A stretch of DNA of 64,000 nt. Origin: Balanoglossus misakiensis (taxonomy: Eukaryota > Animalia > Hemichordata). Positions 33,329 to 47,914 of the stretch are shown here, piece after piece. The notes beneath the pieces were generated by a model. It was not told where the DNA came from. It ran no database searches and worked only from the letters and a program-made list of their open reading frames with translations. A program made the position numbers and the translations under genes. The stretch lies in the NCBI GenBank assembly GCA_040954595.2, contig CM082583.2:5080749-5144748 (forward strand), in the 5' to 3' direction. Every line of letters begins with the position of its first letter. Within the stretch, counting starts at the first letter, position 1.

Positions 33329-34330
33329 GAAAACAAACCCGAACTGTAAACCTATAACACAATTGTACAAGACGTCTTTCTTGCCATAAAAATCTAAAGA
33401 GTCTTTGGTATACAAAACGGAAGAAGCACATCGTATTGACTGTCATTTTTTTTAAAACAGAGATAGAAACTATTATATTTTGGACTTGGAAACCGAATTT
33501 CCTGACAAGACGGCGTTGTTTAGTGTTGTTTCATGTTATACTCTAGACATCTTTCTGTGTATCAATGCTTTTAAGCGTTTAAGTAAAAAAAAAAGCGTTA
33601 GGTCTCATATTTTTTCTATGAAGAATTCAAAAGAAAATGAGAAACCTATACAAGAACTTTTTTGAGATTTATGTTACCTATTGTTAATTTCATCCGAAGA
33701 CAGAAACGAGTTTTTAACTGCGTTTGTTTAAAACAAGAAAAATATATATATGAAAACATAATATAGTACATGTTAGAGATAGTCGCATCCAGTGCGTGTA
33801 GGTGAAACGTGTAATTATTGAGTACTTTTGCTGTTTTTATCTGGTTCAAAACCAGTGTCTCTCGATTGACAAACAAAAATACTTTGACTTTTTGTTTCTG
33901 ATAATTTTGATATTATGTTCTATAGATGTACAAAAAAAACTAAATATCACAAAAATAACTTACGAAACGAAGTTGTAAACAAACAAAACAAGTAAATAAA
34001 TAACGAAAACAAACAAGCAAACAAGAAACAAACTCATTAACCTATCTTGTGATAGGAGCAACGGCTGAAAGCCCAGTCTGTGTGGTTTAGAGAAAAATAT
34101 CAAAAAATTAAAATGATGATGATGGTAATATTATTAATCTAATCTTGTTTATATATACCAAGGGTAAAGAAAATTACGATTGAATGTTGGTTTCTATGCC
34201 CAAATATGGGTGGCGTTTTGACTTGGTCTTTTCTGTGTGATTATGAAATACATACAGCCTTGCCTAGCAACCGTGTCCAAGACACACTTTTTTGGCGTAA
34301 TTAAACAGATCTGTTATAAAATTTATAACC
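33329..34330 (+). other. Putative AT-rich 3' UTR with candidate poly(A) signals
   Basis: AT-rich after the stop. AATAAA 33995-34000, ATTAAA 34107 and 34300 (the last followed by a GT-rich stretch). AAAC-rich low complexity at about 33975-34032. True end unknown. Confidence 0.5.
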
Positions 34331-37300
34331 AACTGTAGTGACTGTGATTACTTCAAGTATCTGTCGCTCCCCTCCCCTCTTCCCTTCCCCAGTCTGCCTG
34401 GTCCAGGGGGAGGAAACTGCTGGCTTTTTGGTAGAATGGCAGCCTGGCTTAATTTCTCCCCCTTTGCATTCTGTCGCTATGTCTTCTCATCTTCTTCTTC
34501 TACTACTACTTCTTTCATTGGCGTCTGCAGCTCCATCTTAGGCGCTTGGCAAAACAAACAAACAAAAACAAACAGCGCAAACTATGTAAAACTTGCACCC
34601 TGCCTTTGATGTCCTTAGCGTAAGAGGCTATTACACGTTGGCTTTGGTAACTCAAAGAGCTCTAGACATGGGCCAGTGGTTGGAAATTCGTAACCGATCA
34701 CTTTCCCTTCTGCTATTGTTCCTAAATCCCTTTCAAACAGATTTTGCCTCTTTGAGTGTTTTTTCTTTCTTTACTCCAAGGCCGTCTCGGTGCAAGGCGC
34801 GTGGGCTAAAACTGTCTTTCCCCAAACCGATCTTTAAAAACTACAAGATTGAAGTTCATCCGATTAACATAAAAAAGTTCCCCCCTCCCTGCAGACCTCA
34901 AAATTATTTGCAAACTTAACAGTCAAGATCTCGATATTGACTAAAAACATAACTCCACTCAGTTTTGAGACCAGAAGGCCCAAGCGAGCGAGGGTGCCCA
35001 GCCTTCTCTATTTACACATTTTAGTCACGTTTTCGTGTTATTGCCGTACTGTTGGAGGAGAGAGAGCCCCTAGTCCGCTTGAATTGTATTTTGTAAGCCT
35101 TTACAAAAGTTTAGTTTGTTCCCCCTCTTTTCTGACGTCAAGCCCCGGCGATTACATGACAAGAGGCTGCAAGTTTTTTTTCGGCTGACTGGACAGTTTG
35201 ACGGAGGGCCAACAAAAACACGCTGTGCCTCCGAATACAGTTACACGTCCTCCAAAAATGATGCTACCGTGACAGAACTTCGGTCTGAACTTGATACGCG
35301 TCTGACCTGCACGAGCCAAATTGCGTGTTTTAGATTTATTGCTAGTAACTTCTCTTGTGCGTACCAACTCGTAATTTAGCATTCTTTTGTTTGCTTTGCT
35401 TTCCAAAATTCACACTATATATATATCGACAAATGTGCGAGAGCGTTACTATTCTCCATACTTTGACTCTCATTTTTTCCATGAAAGTTTGCCTTGACGT
35501 GGCTTAGCAGTCGGCATTTTGGTTTTGATGTAATTATACACTGGAATATTATGGAAATAATGTCTTGGGGGAAATCTTGTTTCCTTCGACATGCTGGGAA
35601 TGCACAGGCTTTTGGGCAACGGACGAAGCTGGCAGATATAATTGACACGGGGTAGCCCGAGAGCGCTGCTAGCTAACTTTTCTCCATTCATCGAGAAACA
35701 ATTAAACCTTCTTATTACGCGAGAGTTATTTGGGCAAGGTCCTCTCTCCGTGACAAGCTTGGAATGACATGCCGGCTCGGGTCACCGTTCAACCTTTGAC
35801 TGGTGAAGAAGAAAAAAAAAACTATTTGAGATTGTAAACGTGTATATACGTATGCACTGATTCGCGCGCGGACTTTAGGGTTTGAGAACCGGCGCTGATT
35901 TGTTGAGAAAAAAACCAGGTCTGCCATTTTGCTCGCACAACGCGGTTCTTTGTAAATTACATGGAAGGGCTGGTCACCTTTGACCCGGCGTCTACACCTA
36001 GGAAGCCAGTGGACAACCTTCTGTCAGGAGTTGGTCATTCGTCAAAAATCGCAATGACTCAACGAAGCCGGGCAGAGAAGCCGAGTTCGAATCACAGCGC
36101 TACAGCGGCAGGGTAAAAAGTCAAGGCGTCGACATGGAAATGCTTTTAGAAAACCAACATCAGCCGGAACGTTTAAATGGACGGAAGAACCTTTGATTTT
36201 TTAGCTAGTTCATTTTTTTACAAGTTTTCCCTCTTAATCTCGTTTCGTGTGAAAGGAAAGGTGGCAAAAGGGAGGCCGGTATAAACTCGTCAAGAACTTC
36301 CTAATGTGATTAGACTAAACATTTTAAAAAGCAACAGCACTGATAAAGGACGTATTATACGTTATTTTATATAGCGTTGAACGACGTATTAGACGCTGTA
36401 CAAAGCAGACAGGAGAAGAGAGTTAACACGCCATCTGGCTTCGCCGTATCGCAGAGATTTGACAACATTCACTGATAGACGGAATGATTTATCATAACGT
36501 GACCGTGTAACAGCACCACGCCGGTGTTGCGTCGTGGATGCAAGAAGGGAATGCGGCCTGCTCGTCTTTTTTTTCTTACTCGAAAAGTGGAAATATCAAA
36601 GAAGAAGCCCAACAGACGACACGCTTTACCACAGCGCCGTGCTGTCAATTTGAAAATGGAAATATGGCGGCCGTCTGAAGGGAAAGCGGCACTTGGGAAT
36701 TTACCTCACCGCGGTTCTGTATATTAAGGCGCAAGCAGACGCTCGTTAGCTCATCCTCTGTCGAACTGTATCCCGAACCGCTGATCTAAGAGAATATGAC
36801 ACATGTCTTTGTTAGGGTTAAAACTCATTACTCTGTATCGAGGAAAAAACTTTGGTTGTCATAGTTTATACTATTCAGGCAGCGCGGAGTAAACCACCAA
36901 CTCTGATTCTAGCGCGCTCCCCCTACACGCATGACTTGGTTAAATTGCGCTTGTTCGGAAGCATGCGAGTAAAATAGCACGGCTGAGGTCCGTGTACATT
37001 AACGTCGGCTCATTTCGGTGTTTGTGGTTTTCGAAACCAATTCGGTGCTTGCGCTTTTGCAAAGGGCTTAATTTAATCTGTGTCTGGAAGCATGCTCGAT
37101 TCCGCGATCTGATAATCGTTTGGCGGATATCGTTGGAAAGTGGATGCGCAGGCCCACATGGTTTATAGTGTGCCACTGTCGCTGTATGACAAATTAGAAA
37201 CCCGGGAGTCAAGATGGCGGATATCGAATGCGGTATGATTCTTCCATCAAGCCCTAATTCGGTAGAAACCGCAGGACTCGGCGGCCCAAAGGAATGATAC

Positions 37301-40300
37301 TTACCCGCTTAAGTTTATTAAATCGTCCACCTCTCTCTACCCATTTGCACTAAAAATGGCCGCAGTACTACGACTTTTCCCGCCGCCGCCGCCATGCTGA
37401 CGTTTGACGTTTGCATTTGTTCTGTCATACGAACCAAGGAAGCGCGCGCGTTTTTTTTTGCCATAGCAGACGAAAACAAACAAATGTACGGATTTATTTT
37501 CTCTTGGATAGACGATTTTGCGATGAATTTTGGCACAATCAATACTAGGTATTACCTTACTGAATACAATTTCCCATAGGTCAGCCAAAGAGGTCTGCTA
37601 GGAAGGCACGCATTTCTCGTGGAGTTTTAGGTTACACAACCACAAGCCATGCCCCCTACATATTGATGTACTGTTTTGAAAAGTATAATTATCCCAGAAC
37701 AAAAAAATCAGGGTACACCATTTTTTTTACCTGCCTTCTGTCGTATGGACGCGAGTTACTATAAATTGAAGCAATATATTTAAAACGTTTATGGGACCAT
37801 ACGGTATTTTCCCTGTGACGGACGCGTAGTATTTTCAGTGCTGGTTCCGGCTGCAGTTCGGTGGATGTGCTGGTCCCGCGGAAAATGACGTTAAATTGGT
37901 ATTCGACATAACGACGGTTTCTTGGTTACAAGAGAGAGGGGGGAGTGTGTGTGTGGGGGGGGGGGGGGAGGGGGTGCGCGCGTGTGTATGCGTGTGTGAA
38001 AGGGGTATTTCATCTCGGAGGACGCTGTCAGATACGGTAGAATTTTGCACGTGGTTTGAGATGACCTCACAAGCATGCAGGTAAACAAAGTTCGAGTGCG
38101 GGGATGCAAGGATGGCCTCTTGATCCCTCAGAGACAAAGAATTGAAAAAAAAAAACACATGAAAAAAAACAACAAAACTGGCGAGGTGATGTTCGGGGAA
38201 ACATTATACCGGTCAGGGAACGGCAGTGTTAATTCACGCTAGCCAGTGATAAGTACCCAATATAGCGATATTGATATGCAAAATGAGAGAAATAACACTG
38301 TCTTGTGTCAAAGGTTTCTGATTGTTTGATTTATTTTTAGAAGAACCCCATTAAACTGTGTCTAATTGGACCTTGAACGTGATCTTTGCGCTGAAAATAC
38401 GATTTCTGACAAATTTGTGGCACAATTTCCACAATGAAAACGACCAGATGCCGTTGCGGGAGAACTGGTCCATTAAAGTGTTATTTCTTCTTTTCCGACT
38501 CGCCGTTTTTTTGTCTCATTCACGGGAGTGCCGTGAATGCACGAACTGTGGTCCCAGCCTGCATTATGTATACCCCCTTAAAGCAAAAGAACAAAAGTAG
38601 CGAATGGCCTCGTGGCCGGTAACATACAAAAGTTCACGGCATTTGATCACAGGGGCCAACCCCGGCACAATGACAATGCAAATAAAACGAAGTGCATGTT
38701 TCGAAAATCTTTTTAAAAGCGGCTGGGCTCAGCGATAGCCCGGCTTCTTCTAACAAACACACTCCCGCCGAAATCTGCTCCGTTAAATCACCCCTCAATT
38801 TATCATTCGCGCTCTAATCGCCGCGCCAACTGTTACTTTGACGGCGGGCCAGGAACGCGCGCTCTGCCTGCATTCGCTTCTCCATCTCTAGAAACAAGAG
38901 CGCGACTTGGAAAAAAAATATAATAGCGATTCGCGTCTGACAGCTTTCTACTACAAGCACACATGCAAAGCACATCCCCGTTTCTATTGTGAAGCAACGC
39001 AGATCATAATTCCCATTTTTCCTATTAATCAATTTGTGGTTTCGCTAATTAGGCTCAAATATGTCTCCGCAAACAAGAAATACGGGGCTTAACCAGATTC
39101 GTAACCGCAAACGTCGCGTCGCCGGGTCCGTATAGCGTTGGAAAAAAAACCCACGACGATCGCATGCTATAATCAGCGAGAGGAAGACTTGAACCGGCGT
39201 GCAGTCTGACAGAACCATAAAGGTAATAGGCAGAAAAAATGACTATGAGCGCATATGTGATTTTATCATTTATGACAAGCAGGAAGTTACAAATTGTAGT
39301 CTGCATTATACGAAGCCAGTGTTTGGCACAAATGAACAATTCGGACGTCATCTCTGCTGTATTTCGTTGTTTCAAAAATGTACAAGAAACACGTAGTAAT
39401 GTTCTCTGGAAATTGGCGGCACTGATAGGCACGATTTCTCGAAAATGAGCCATTTTTTTTCTCTCTCTCAAAAAGTCACCAGGCACAGGAAATTGTGAGT
39501 TTAGATAATTATTCTGAATGACAATGAGGAATGTTTTGACATCTTCGATATCCATTTTCAGTTGTTTTTGTTTAGCTCAGCTGAAGCGGAAACTCGAAGC
39601 TTTCTGTCAAACGTTAACGCATCAACATAAATTGAAGTTGCTCGCGCTCAAATGACCGTGCGACCTTAGACATTTTTCGCCGGGGTAAAGCCGTTCGTTC
39701 GTTTGTTTGTTTTTTCAAAACTGACCGTTTACGTTTTGTTTTGTCGCGGTGGTATCGTGGTTGGCGATGTTGACAGTCGCCGTACAGACTAATAGATTTC
39801 GAATTAGGGTGCCTATCACGCCGTAGATTAGTATCGTGTCGTTGGATCAAAATCTCGTAAAACGCGTGACAGTTGAAGGATGGGCATTAGGGCTACCTGT
39901 CCCCCTAAAATATGTGACTCAACTCGCCTTCACAGATCGTTAGAGAGCGCAGAAATGGCCGAGACAGTGCGGTCGAGGTGCGCTTTACACTCGAATTGTA
40001 AACGTCGGTGGCGACAGTCATGCAGATTTCAACCACTAATGACAGTGATCGAAGTCGGGGGAGTCTTTTTATTATTCGTGCCCAGCGTAAACGTTTCCAG
40101 AAAATGACTCCAGCAGACAAATCAGCGCGATATGCATAACCTAGTGATGTTTAACTTGGTGTTACTCGCAGACGACAATCATAACTTACTCAAACGGCGG
40201 GAAAATGGGAGGACCCGTATTCGGAGGCACATTTACTTGGAAAAAAAAATATTCGCATTTATGATCGAGCTTTGGCGCAGGCGCCGGACTGTGACCCCTC

Positions 40301-43300
40301 ACATGATCAAAATAGGTAGCCATGGCAACGCTCTATGAGACTGGGAACGTTCCTTCGCGCCTGGGCATTCCTTGTCTATGCTGTTTACCTGTCTGTCGGG
40401 GGTTATGACCCGTCTGCTGACGTCGCTCACGCAGAGGTGCTGTACAGTAACTGCAGCCACCAAATCAACAGGGGCCCTGCTGTTCTGTTGCGTCCTGTCT
40501 GTCCGTATTTCATTCCAAAGGAGCAGTTAAAAAATAACAGCCGTTTGCATAATTATGTAATTAATATTCCTGTTGAGGTTGATCATAGCTTGTATTGGTC
40601 TTTTTAATTGGACCACTCTCAGCTTGAGTGGCCACACAACACTTTATATTCGAATCAAACACTCTGCATATGGTCCCCTTTCTGTTGTAAACTCCGGTTT
40701 TACAACTGCCTTTAGAAGCTCCTAAAATTGTCATAAAAGTAAAATATAGCGGGAGCAGCGGAAAACCACTCGCTCTCAACTTCAAAAATCTGTTCGTTTA
40801 TGTTTCCCCGTGCCCGCTTTCCGACACCTGTCTGTGCGCTTTAAACAAGTCTCACATGTATACATGTGACGAAGGAGAGAGACTCTTTGTCCCCGCCAAT
40901 TCGCAGGCTCGGTCGAGTAAGGAATTGCTTGTTTCCGCTCATCACGGTGACAGCAGAAAAAAGGAGGGAAAAATGAAAGAATCCATGAAATGAAAAATTC
41001 ATACAGAAAGGAAGGAGAAATGACGCTTTTAACTTTGGATCATGTGAATCCGTTTTCAAACAATTCAGGAATTCTATACCATCTTCTCTTTCGGGGGAAT
41101 CTCTCATTTACCGCCTGATCCAGAACCCTTTCCATCGAAAGCCAACAATAAAACAAAAGGAGAAATTAAAGCTAACTATATGGGTGGCGATATTATTTAT
41201 TGAATAATGTATACGGAGCGTTGTGTTTAGCTATAGCCTACAATGGTTTGATTGCTGCGTGAATTTTTCTTCCCGCCAATATGTGAATGAGCGCGTCTGC
41301 ATGTGCGCGCGCGGAAACGAATCCCAGCGTCATTGAGGTCCCCTTGTGTCGTTCGGAATCCGATCGAAATAATTTTAATAAAAAAACAAGGATGAAAAAC
41401 TGTGAGCAGGAAATTTTTTTCAGTTTAATAACACATGAATACGGGCAACCTTGAGAAGTCTCCCCATGCTGTGAACGCTTGTGGGAATATTTTCTTGGCT
41501 CGGTTAATATCTGGGAAAAAAACCGCGTCGCTGTAAACTACTTCAAATCACAGTCGCGCTCTGGCGTTCGTCGTTAGATTGGAAATTCTGACCCTGTGCC
41601 AGTCAGTGCAAGAGATACAGCACAAGGCATATCCGCAGTAGCAATTGAATACACAATGAGGACGATCATACAATGGTCTGCAATATTTATCGTCATGCAT
41701 TTTCAACATCGCGGAGCCATCTGATTTGCATGATGCGAACGTCTGATAAATCCCACCAATTCGAGTACATTTATTCATCTGTTTAAAATTTACCGTCCCA
41801 GCGGGGTTATGTCGAACTAAAAGCAACCCCCCAAAATAATGCTGAAAAATCCGCGACTTGACTCCGTCGGGCACTTGAGCACGACAAAAGCCCTGGCGGT
41901 TACTATTTGCGTGTTGTTCCCAATAACACCAAAACTTTCATCGTTGGTGTTTACATTGTGGCGAAGGGGGGGGGGACCTTGTGGGCCGAACCTGGCTTCT
42001 GCAAGGGATTCTACTGGTCCAAAGATCGTCTCCTCTTCTCCTTCTGTAAAGAAAACAAAGCACGGAGACCCCGGCCCCATCAAGACTCGGGCTGACTGTG
42101 AGTCCCGCGTACGTACGTGAGCGGAATACAACATGGCCGAAAATCACAATCAGAGCCAGACTTTGCCCCAAAGCCAAAAAGAATCCCTCCCCATAATTTT
42201 GGTAATCATATCATTGGAATAGTTGCCGTCTTTTGTGACAGATCGAGGTTCCATTATGAGTTTTCAGCTTTTTTCGGGCTTATTCTTACGTTCACATGGT
42301 CTTTAGCCGACAATGCACACGTTGAAGGGGAAAAGTGCAGAAAAAAGGGGTAAATTTGAATTATTAACGTTTAAACGTTAAAATATTGTGGTCTAGCCAC
42401 CCAGCCAACCAAATCGATCGAGGATATGAATAGGGTTCAGAACCAAATCACACTGCGACTATAAAGGGGAAGGCAGTGGCACCCAAAGGGATTCTGGGAT
42501 TGAATTGTCACCAAAGTTACCCTCCCTGCATTCGTAGATTAGGGCGAAGTAGTTCCGATATTGACATGCTGCACAGAAACCGCCGACAGATCTGCATAAT
42601 AAACAGCACCGCTGTGTTAAGAAAAATGTCCCCTTTTCTGATCGCTACCCCTTGTCCCCCATCCCCCCTACACACGCACATCGGTGTCAAAACCTCGCAG
42701 ACGATCACGAGTTGAGGGGTCACCTTGGAGCGAGACGAAATTCGTCACTCTGTTTATATATATTAAAAAAAAATCAAAGATTTGGAAATTGCGTGCAGCG
42801 CACAGCCATTAGGTAGGCACGCCGACTTTCAGGAGGATGGAAGCCCAGTCAAAGCCCTCTGTGAATACGTTTTTTATCGCCCGTGCACTATTCGAATAAA
42901 TCACAGTCAGGAAGACTGATGTGTTCCTACAAACAATCCATACAAATGTGCCAGTGCGATTATTTCGTCAGCAAAACCTGCTCCTTTGCGACCCCTGGAA
43001 AGAAAGTATCGCGGGGCGAGAAACGACACTACCCACCCAAATTTACACGTTTTCAGAGTCCGTTATGCAGATTCCGGTACACTTGTGGCGCGTTTAAGGC
43101 CGATTTTTACATTTTTATGTCGAAATTCGCCGTAAAGCTAATAAAAAACGGAACAGTCGTGTTGACAACCGCATCTATATACACAGTCGTATATTACGGC
43201 GACAAGAGTTGTCCTTACGCTGTCGACGACAATGAAACTCGGGGAAAAAAATTTGAATGTTGGGGCCATACTTCACAGTTGATGTCATTGGCGTCGTTTT

Positions 43301-46061
43301 ATACCCTGAACGCGCGGGATTACTCATCGCGACGCGCAGATGGAGCAGGCAGTTTGAGATGTTGTCCTCAGCGGTGACCGCATGCAAGACTGATGGTCCG
43401 GTTGAAAGCTCCCATATCTACCCCCTATCAAATTTTGTTCAATTCCAAATTGAAAGTGTCGCGAATAGGCACAGCTCTATTGATGCCTCAGCCCCACCAT
43501 TGAACACAGTTCATGAGAGGTATCGCAATTTTGAGTCTTTTTGACTCGCTGTTTTTCTTCGTCCAAGCAACCTGTTTTTTTTTCACTGGCAGTCGCCTGA
43601 GTGTTTGCCAGTAGCTGCAAACGAACAGACTCTACGATCGGAGTTTAGTGTTGCGGTTTTAGAGGCATGTTTTAATAATCTCTGCCACTATTCAGCCCAT
43701 AACACGTGATTTCCAGAATATTAACGGATCGGAGATCATTGTGCTAAAATGCGGAATTACTCATTGTGTGGTGGCTCAAAAAAAAAACCGGAAAATTGTT
43801 TGAAGTGGTCTCGGTTTCAACGTGGGGAGACGACGGCTATATCTTTACAGAGAAGATATTTCCCGCGAAAAAGGAAACCAGCGGAAAACGGAGAACATTA
43901 ACCGTTCCAGCTTTTCTTTTTGTGTGGCTGTGCTTAGAATGAAATCAAACCCACGCGGCGTGTATTACCGTAATAGAGTGGTGTCGGCCCGCTTTTGAGC
44001 TTTTTTCCCCTTGCAAATCTATGCAGTTTCGATGCTATCTGTATACCAGACTACTGCATAAGACTCCATTTTGCATTTTGGAAAAAAAAACGAAGATGGG
44101 CGAGTGAGAGCGAGATAGAGAGAGAGCGCCACTGTTAATGTCTGGAGCTAGCCACGCGGTGAAGCACAGCAATGTAGATCGAGCACACTTGCTGGTGCTA
44201 TAATATCGCATGTTGACTAAACAAGTATAAAATAGAAAAGAGAGGGGAGAAAAATAACATTAAAATCAAATCCTGGTGAAATTGACTCGATCTCGTTAAA
44301 ACGCTATTTTGGATGAATTTGTGGTCGAGTGAAGTCACTGGCATTATCATCACTCCACTAGGTTCGAAGTTGTCGGGCACACTACACGCAAGAAATCACT
44401 CGCTTGCGTGCAGGAATAAATGGGGCCGATTACTAGCGCCTTTGAGCGGTGGGGAGATTTTTTGTTCGGAATTTCTCTTCTTTGGTTGTCAAAACCCCGT
44501 GGACACCTCGCCACGGTCCGTCGTGTAACCAGTACAGTTGAAGCAGTCGAGTGTTTACAGTCGGGGTTAGGTTTCTTAAAACCTTTAAATTGTCAGCCTT
44601 GGTCACTCTGCCGTGTAAATTTCTGAACTCGATATTTGGGGTTCGTTGTCAAAAGAAAACCCCTCCACTATGTTTGAAAGGCTTTGCCGTACCGCAACGA
44701 GTCGCCTGGCCGTTAAAACGACTCAGAAAAATAAAACCGGCATCAGAACGACGAGTTCCGCACGCTTTCGTGATAATCAGACACATACCTACCCTAATAA
44801 CTGCAATATCAATCAATAGCGGTGCGCCAGTTCTTACGTATATGTGCGCTACTGTATTTTACGGCCTTCAAATTTCTCATATGTTTTGCCTTGTGCCCGT
44901 ACTCACAAGACTCCTCACAAAAGACCGAAGCGAATTAAAACCGATCCCATTCTTCGGGTGTTTCCAAAAACGATTCCTTTTTATTATGACTTTTCAAAAG
45001 CGCGACTTTTTTCTTAAACAAAACATTTAGGTTTCGGGGTTTTGTTCGCATTGTGCGCCAAAAGACAATGGAATAATGAGCCACTCAAAAATCTTTATGA
45101 AATTGACACTTATGGGTTTATTTGACGCAATCATAAACAGAAAATATAAACCGGTAAATATATGGATTGGGCCCCCCTGGTTCGCTGGAAAATGTCTCGG
45201 GTGTAACTGAAGTCTGCAGCCCCCCGAAAATCAAAGGCACCTGTGAAATGTAATAACAAAATATGTTGCTGGCAGGCAAGTGCACACGGAGACGTTGACA
45301 TTACTGAAACAAACGCCCCCATACATAAATGGTTCATTTCTCCAGTATTGCGCCCTTATTTTATGTCCGGGCGTTTAATTCTACGAGCTTGGCTGTGTCA
45401 TTATTTCTATGGCCAGAAAAAAAATAAGTGAGCGACAAAAATGTGTTTTGAAAGCAAGAGACGTCGATCAGATTTTCGTGTGTGTTTTTTATGGTGTGCG
45501 AGTATGTCTGACTTTTCTGCGCCTCCGTTTATTTGATTCCTGGGTACATCACGGGAGCAGAAAAAATTGGCGACATAGCCCCTACCCAGTCATCCACGGA
45601 ATGCTGCAAGGGGCCAAGTTTTTTTCCCCTCAGCCACGACGCCAAGACACCGTGAAAAATTTCCCGGAATATTTAGTCATGCTTGTCAAGAACGTTCTGC
45701 TGGTCTACCATAACGTCTAAATTCAAAGTTCACTTAACCACGGCATAAAAAATACCTGAACAGCCGCGCACAAGGTGTGTTTACCCATCTGCTCAGATGT
45801 CAACCGTCAGAATAAATGAAATGCAGAAAAACGTCGAAAAACTCATTACATTTGCACGTTGGTCGCGCTGAAAAAAAATCGATGTTGAATTTCTGATCTC
45901 AGGGTACAAGTCATATTGTCAACATCCTCACAAATACGAACTGGAATGATCGATTATTCTCACGCAAGTCATGCCTGTGCGAAATTGTTTACAAAAATCA
46001 ACAAAATGAAATGCAACGCTGCGTTCTGTCAGTGCATGCTACTTGTTTTTCGTCTTTAACC

Positions 46062-46260
46062 TTATATAAAGAGAGAGTATACTATATGTACATATAGAGT
46101 ATATATTATATATTCATACAGAGTATTATTATGTATATGCATATAGAGTACGTATATACAGAGTGAAGAGAGAGAACCATATACAGAAAATAAATAAATA
46201 ATCCTGTATTTGAAAACAAATATATAAGTATCTGAAAACATCTTTATGTAATCCTGTAAA
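46062..46260. repeat. Degenerate TA-rich low-complexity tract (ATATAGAGTA/ATACAGAGTA-like units)
   Basis: Read directly; several imperfect copies of the unit in TA-rich sequence. Confidence 0.7.
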
Positions 46261-47754
46261 AGCACTTAAAATAACTTCCAATTGTTGAAATTGACAAGCT
46301 GCTTGATGAAAGCTACCAGGTCTAGGAGTCAGTTGCTTCCAGGCTTCTCTTCTCACCATCGCTGCATTAAGGACCAGGGGCGGTTCCTTGTAATCAGTAC
46401 GAGTTCTTTTCCATCAAACGTCCCCGCAATCTGGGAAGAAGACGGGAACATGATGGACGCAGCAGTTGCACAAAATCTCACAAGTGCCGGGAAAAGGGGT
46501 CTATTTTATCTGCGGGCAAGTGGAGAGTACTCACGGAAAAAATGGGTGAACGCTTTGAAAGGACGTTGCGAATGCGCCTTTTCTCTCTCCTACTACGCCC
46601 AATCGTTTCTTAGGTTTATTCAAGAATGGTTATTATTCATTTCCGGTACCGTCGGTGACGATGGCCGGCCTCGATTAGGATTGGCACTCAGTCATTCTGC
46701 ATCGCCCGGGCTGTCACTCCGACTTGACATTTCGGGTGACATACGTGTGTATTCTTTCAACGGTCCCTCGCACTCAAAACACACCACACATGGGAGTTTT
46801 CATATTCCATTGTGCCCCTACCAACACTCCCATTATGCCTCGACTAATCCCCCGAAATAATAATAATCAGAAGACGGAATAATACCGATATGCAAACGAT
46901 GAGTGATTTGTAAGAAGTTATACATTCTCCGCCTCTGATGGAGTGACAATATGGAAATGTTGTGTTAAGACTGCCACCGCAGCGAGTTTATTGATTAAGA
47001 AAGTTCATGTTAGTTGAACGGCGGGCTAATCTCGACAGCTTCCAAGGCTTGACGTAAGACTGCATTCGGAACATCAATTGGACGGGAGTTGTTCTAAGCC
47101 GGCGAACGTCGGCGGGAATCTGAATTTAAAACCCGTATAATTCGAGTGTGCGCCGGTTTCCACGCTCTCTTCCTGTTATGACAGTGACACCCGAGTTTGG
47201 TATACATCGACCATAATTGAAACACGGAGTACTCCCAGCTAATCCCAGCTAAGCGGTATTGTGGCGAACAGTGACTGAGCCGCGCTAAGAAGACCACTAT
47301 AAGTATTAATGAAACAGATCACGCTTCTAAAGAGACTGCTTCAAACAGCTCAAAAGTTTGACTTGCCTTTGGTTAGAAAAAAAAATGCGCGAGACAGTCA
47401 CCCGGCCTACCGTGTCACGTGCTCGAAGTAAGACGGAAAATTATCTCTCCTAGGTCTCCCAGTCGCACCAAACTTTCTCGCCAGTGTTCGCGACCCCTCA
47501 TTTGCGATCGAGGTTGAGTGTCCCCCAATACAACCAATCAGAGTATATGCCCCTCAATATATATTTTTGTCTCCGGGACCATAATACGCCAAAACAAAGG
47601 AGGTATGTCACCTCTTTCTCGTCCATTGGCCAAAAGAGCTTGTTCCAACGGTGAGAATGCATCTCGTCGGTTAGCTAACGTTACATATTTGGCACTGTAT
47701 ACATTACACGTTTCGGATTACCTGTGTTTGAGAGGTCTGGCTTTTTTCTGAAAA

Positions 47755-47914
47755 CATACATACATACATACATACATACATACATACATACATACATACA
47801 TACATACATACATACATACATACATACATACATACATACATACATACATACATACATACATACATACATACATACATACATACATACATACAGACATACA
47901 GACAGACAGACATA
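47755..47914. repeat. (CATA)34 microsatellite with a CAGA/CATA tail
   Basis: Read directly. Explains the YVCM/HTYI ORFs. Confidence 0.98.

Noticed and set aside
34479-34541. Signal-peptide-like MSSHLLLLLLLLSLASAAPS
   Set aside because: The Leu run comes from a CTT/CTA simple repeat and the ORF stops immediately with no clear donor.
40335-40607. 90-aa ORF with a signal-peptide-like start
   Set aside because: Weak start context, no recognisable domain or splice support, and length within chance range.
42364-42381. 18-bp perfect palindrome TTAACGTTTAAACGTTAA
   Set aside because: A rough estimate gives about 0.25 expected by chance in 54 kb, and there is no supporting context.
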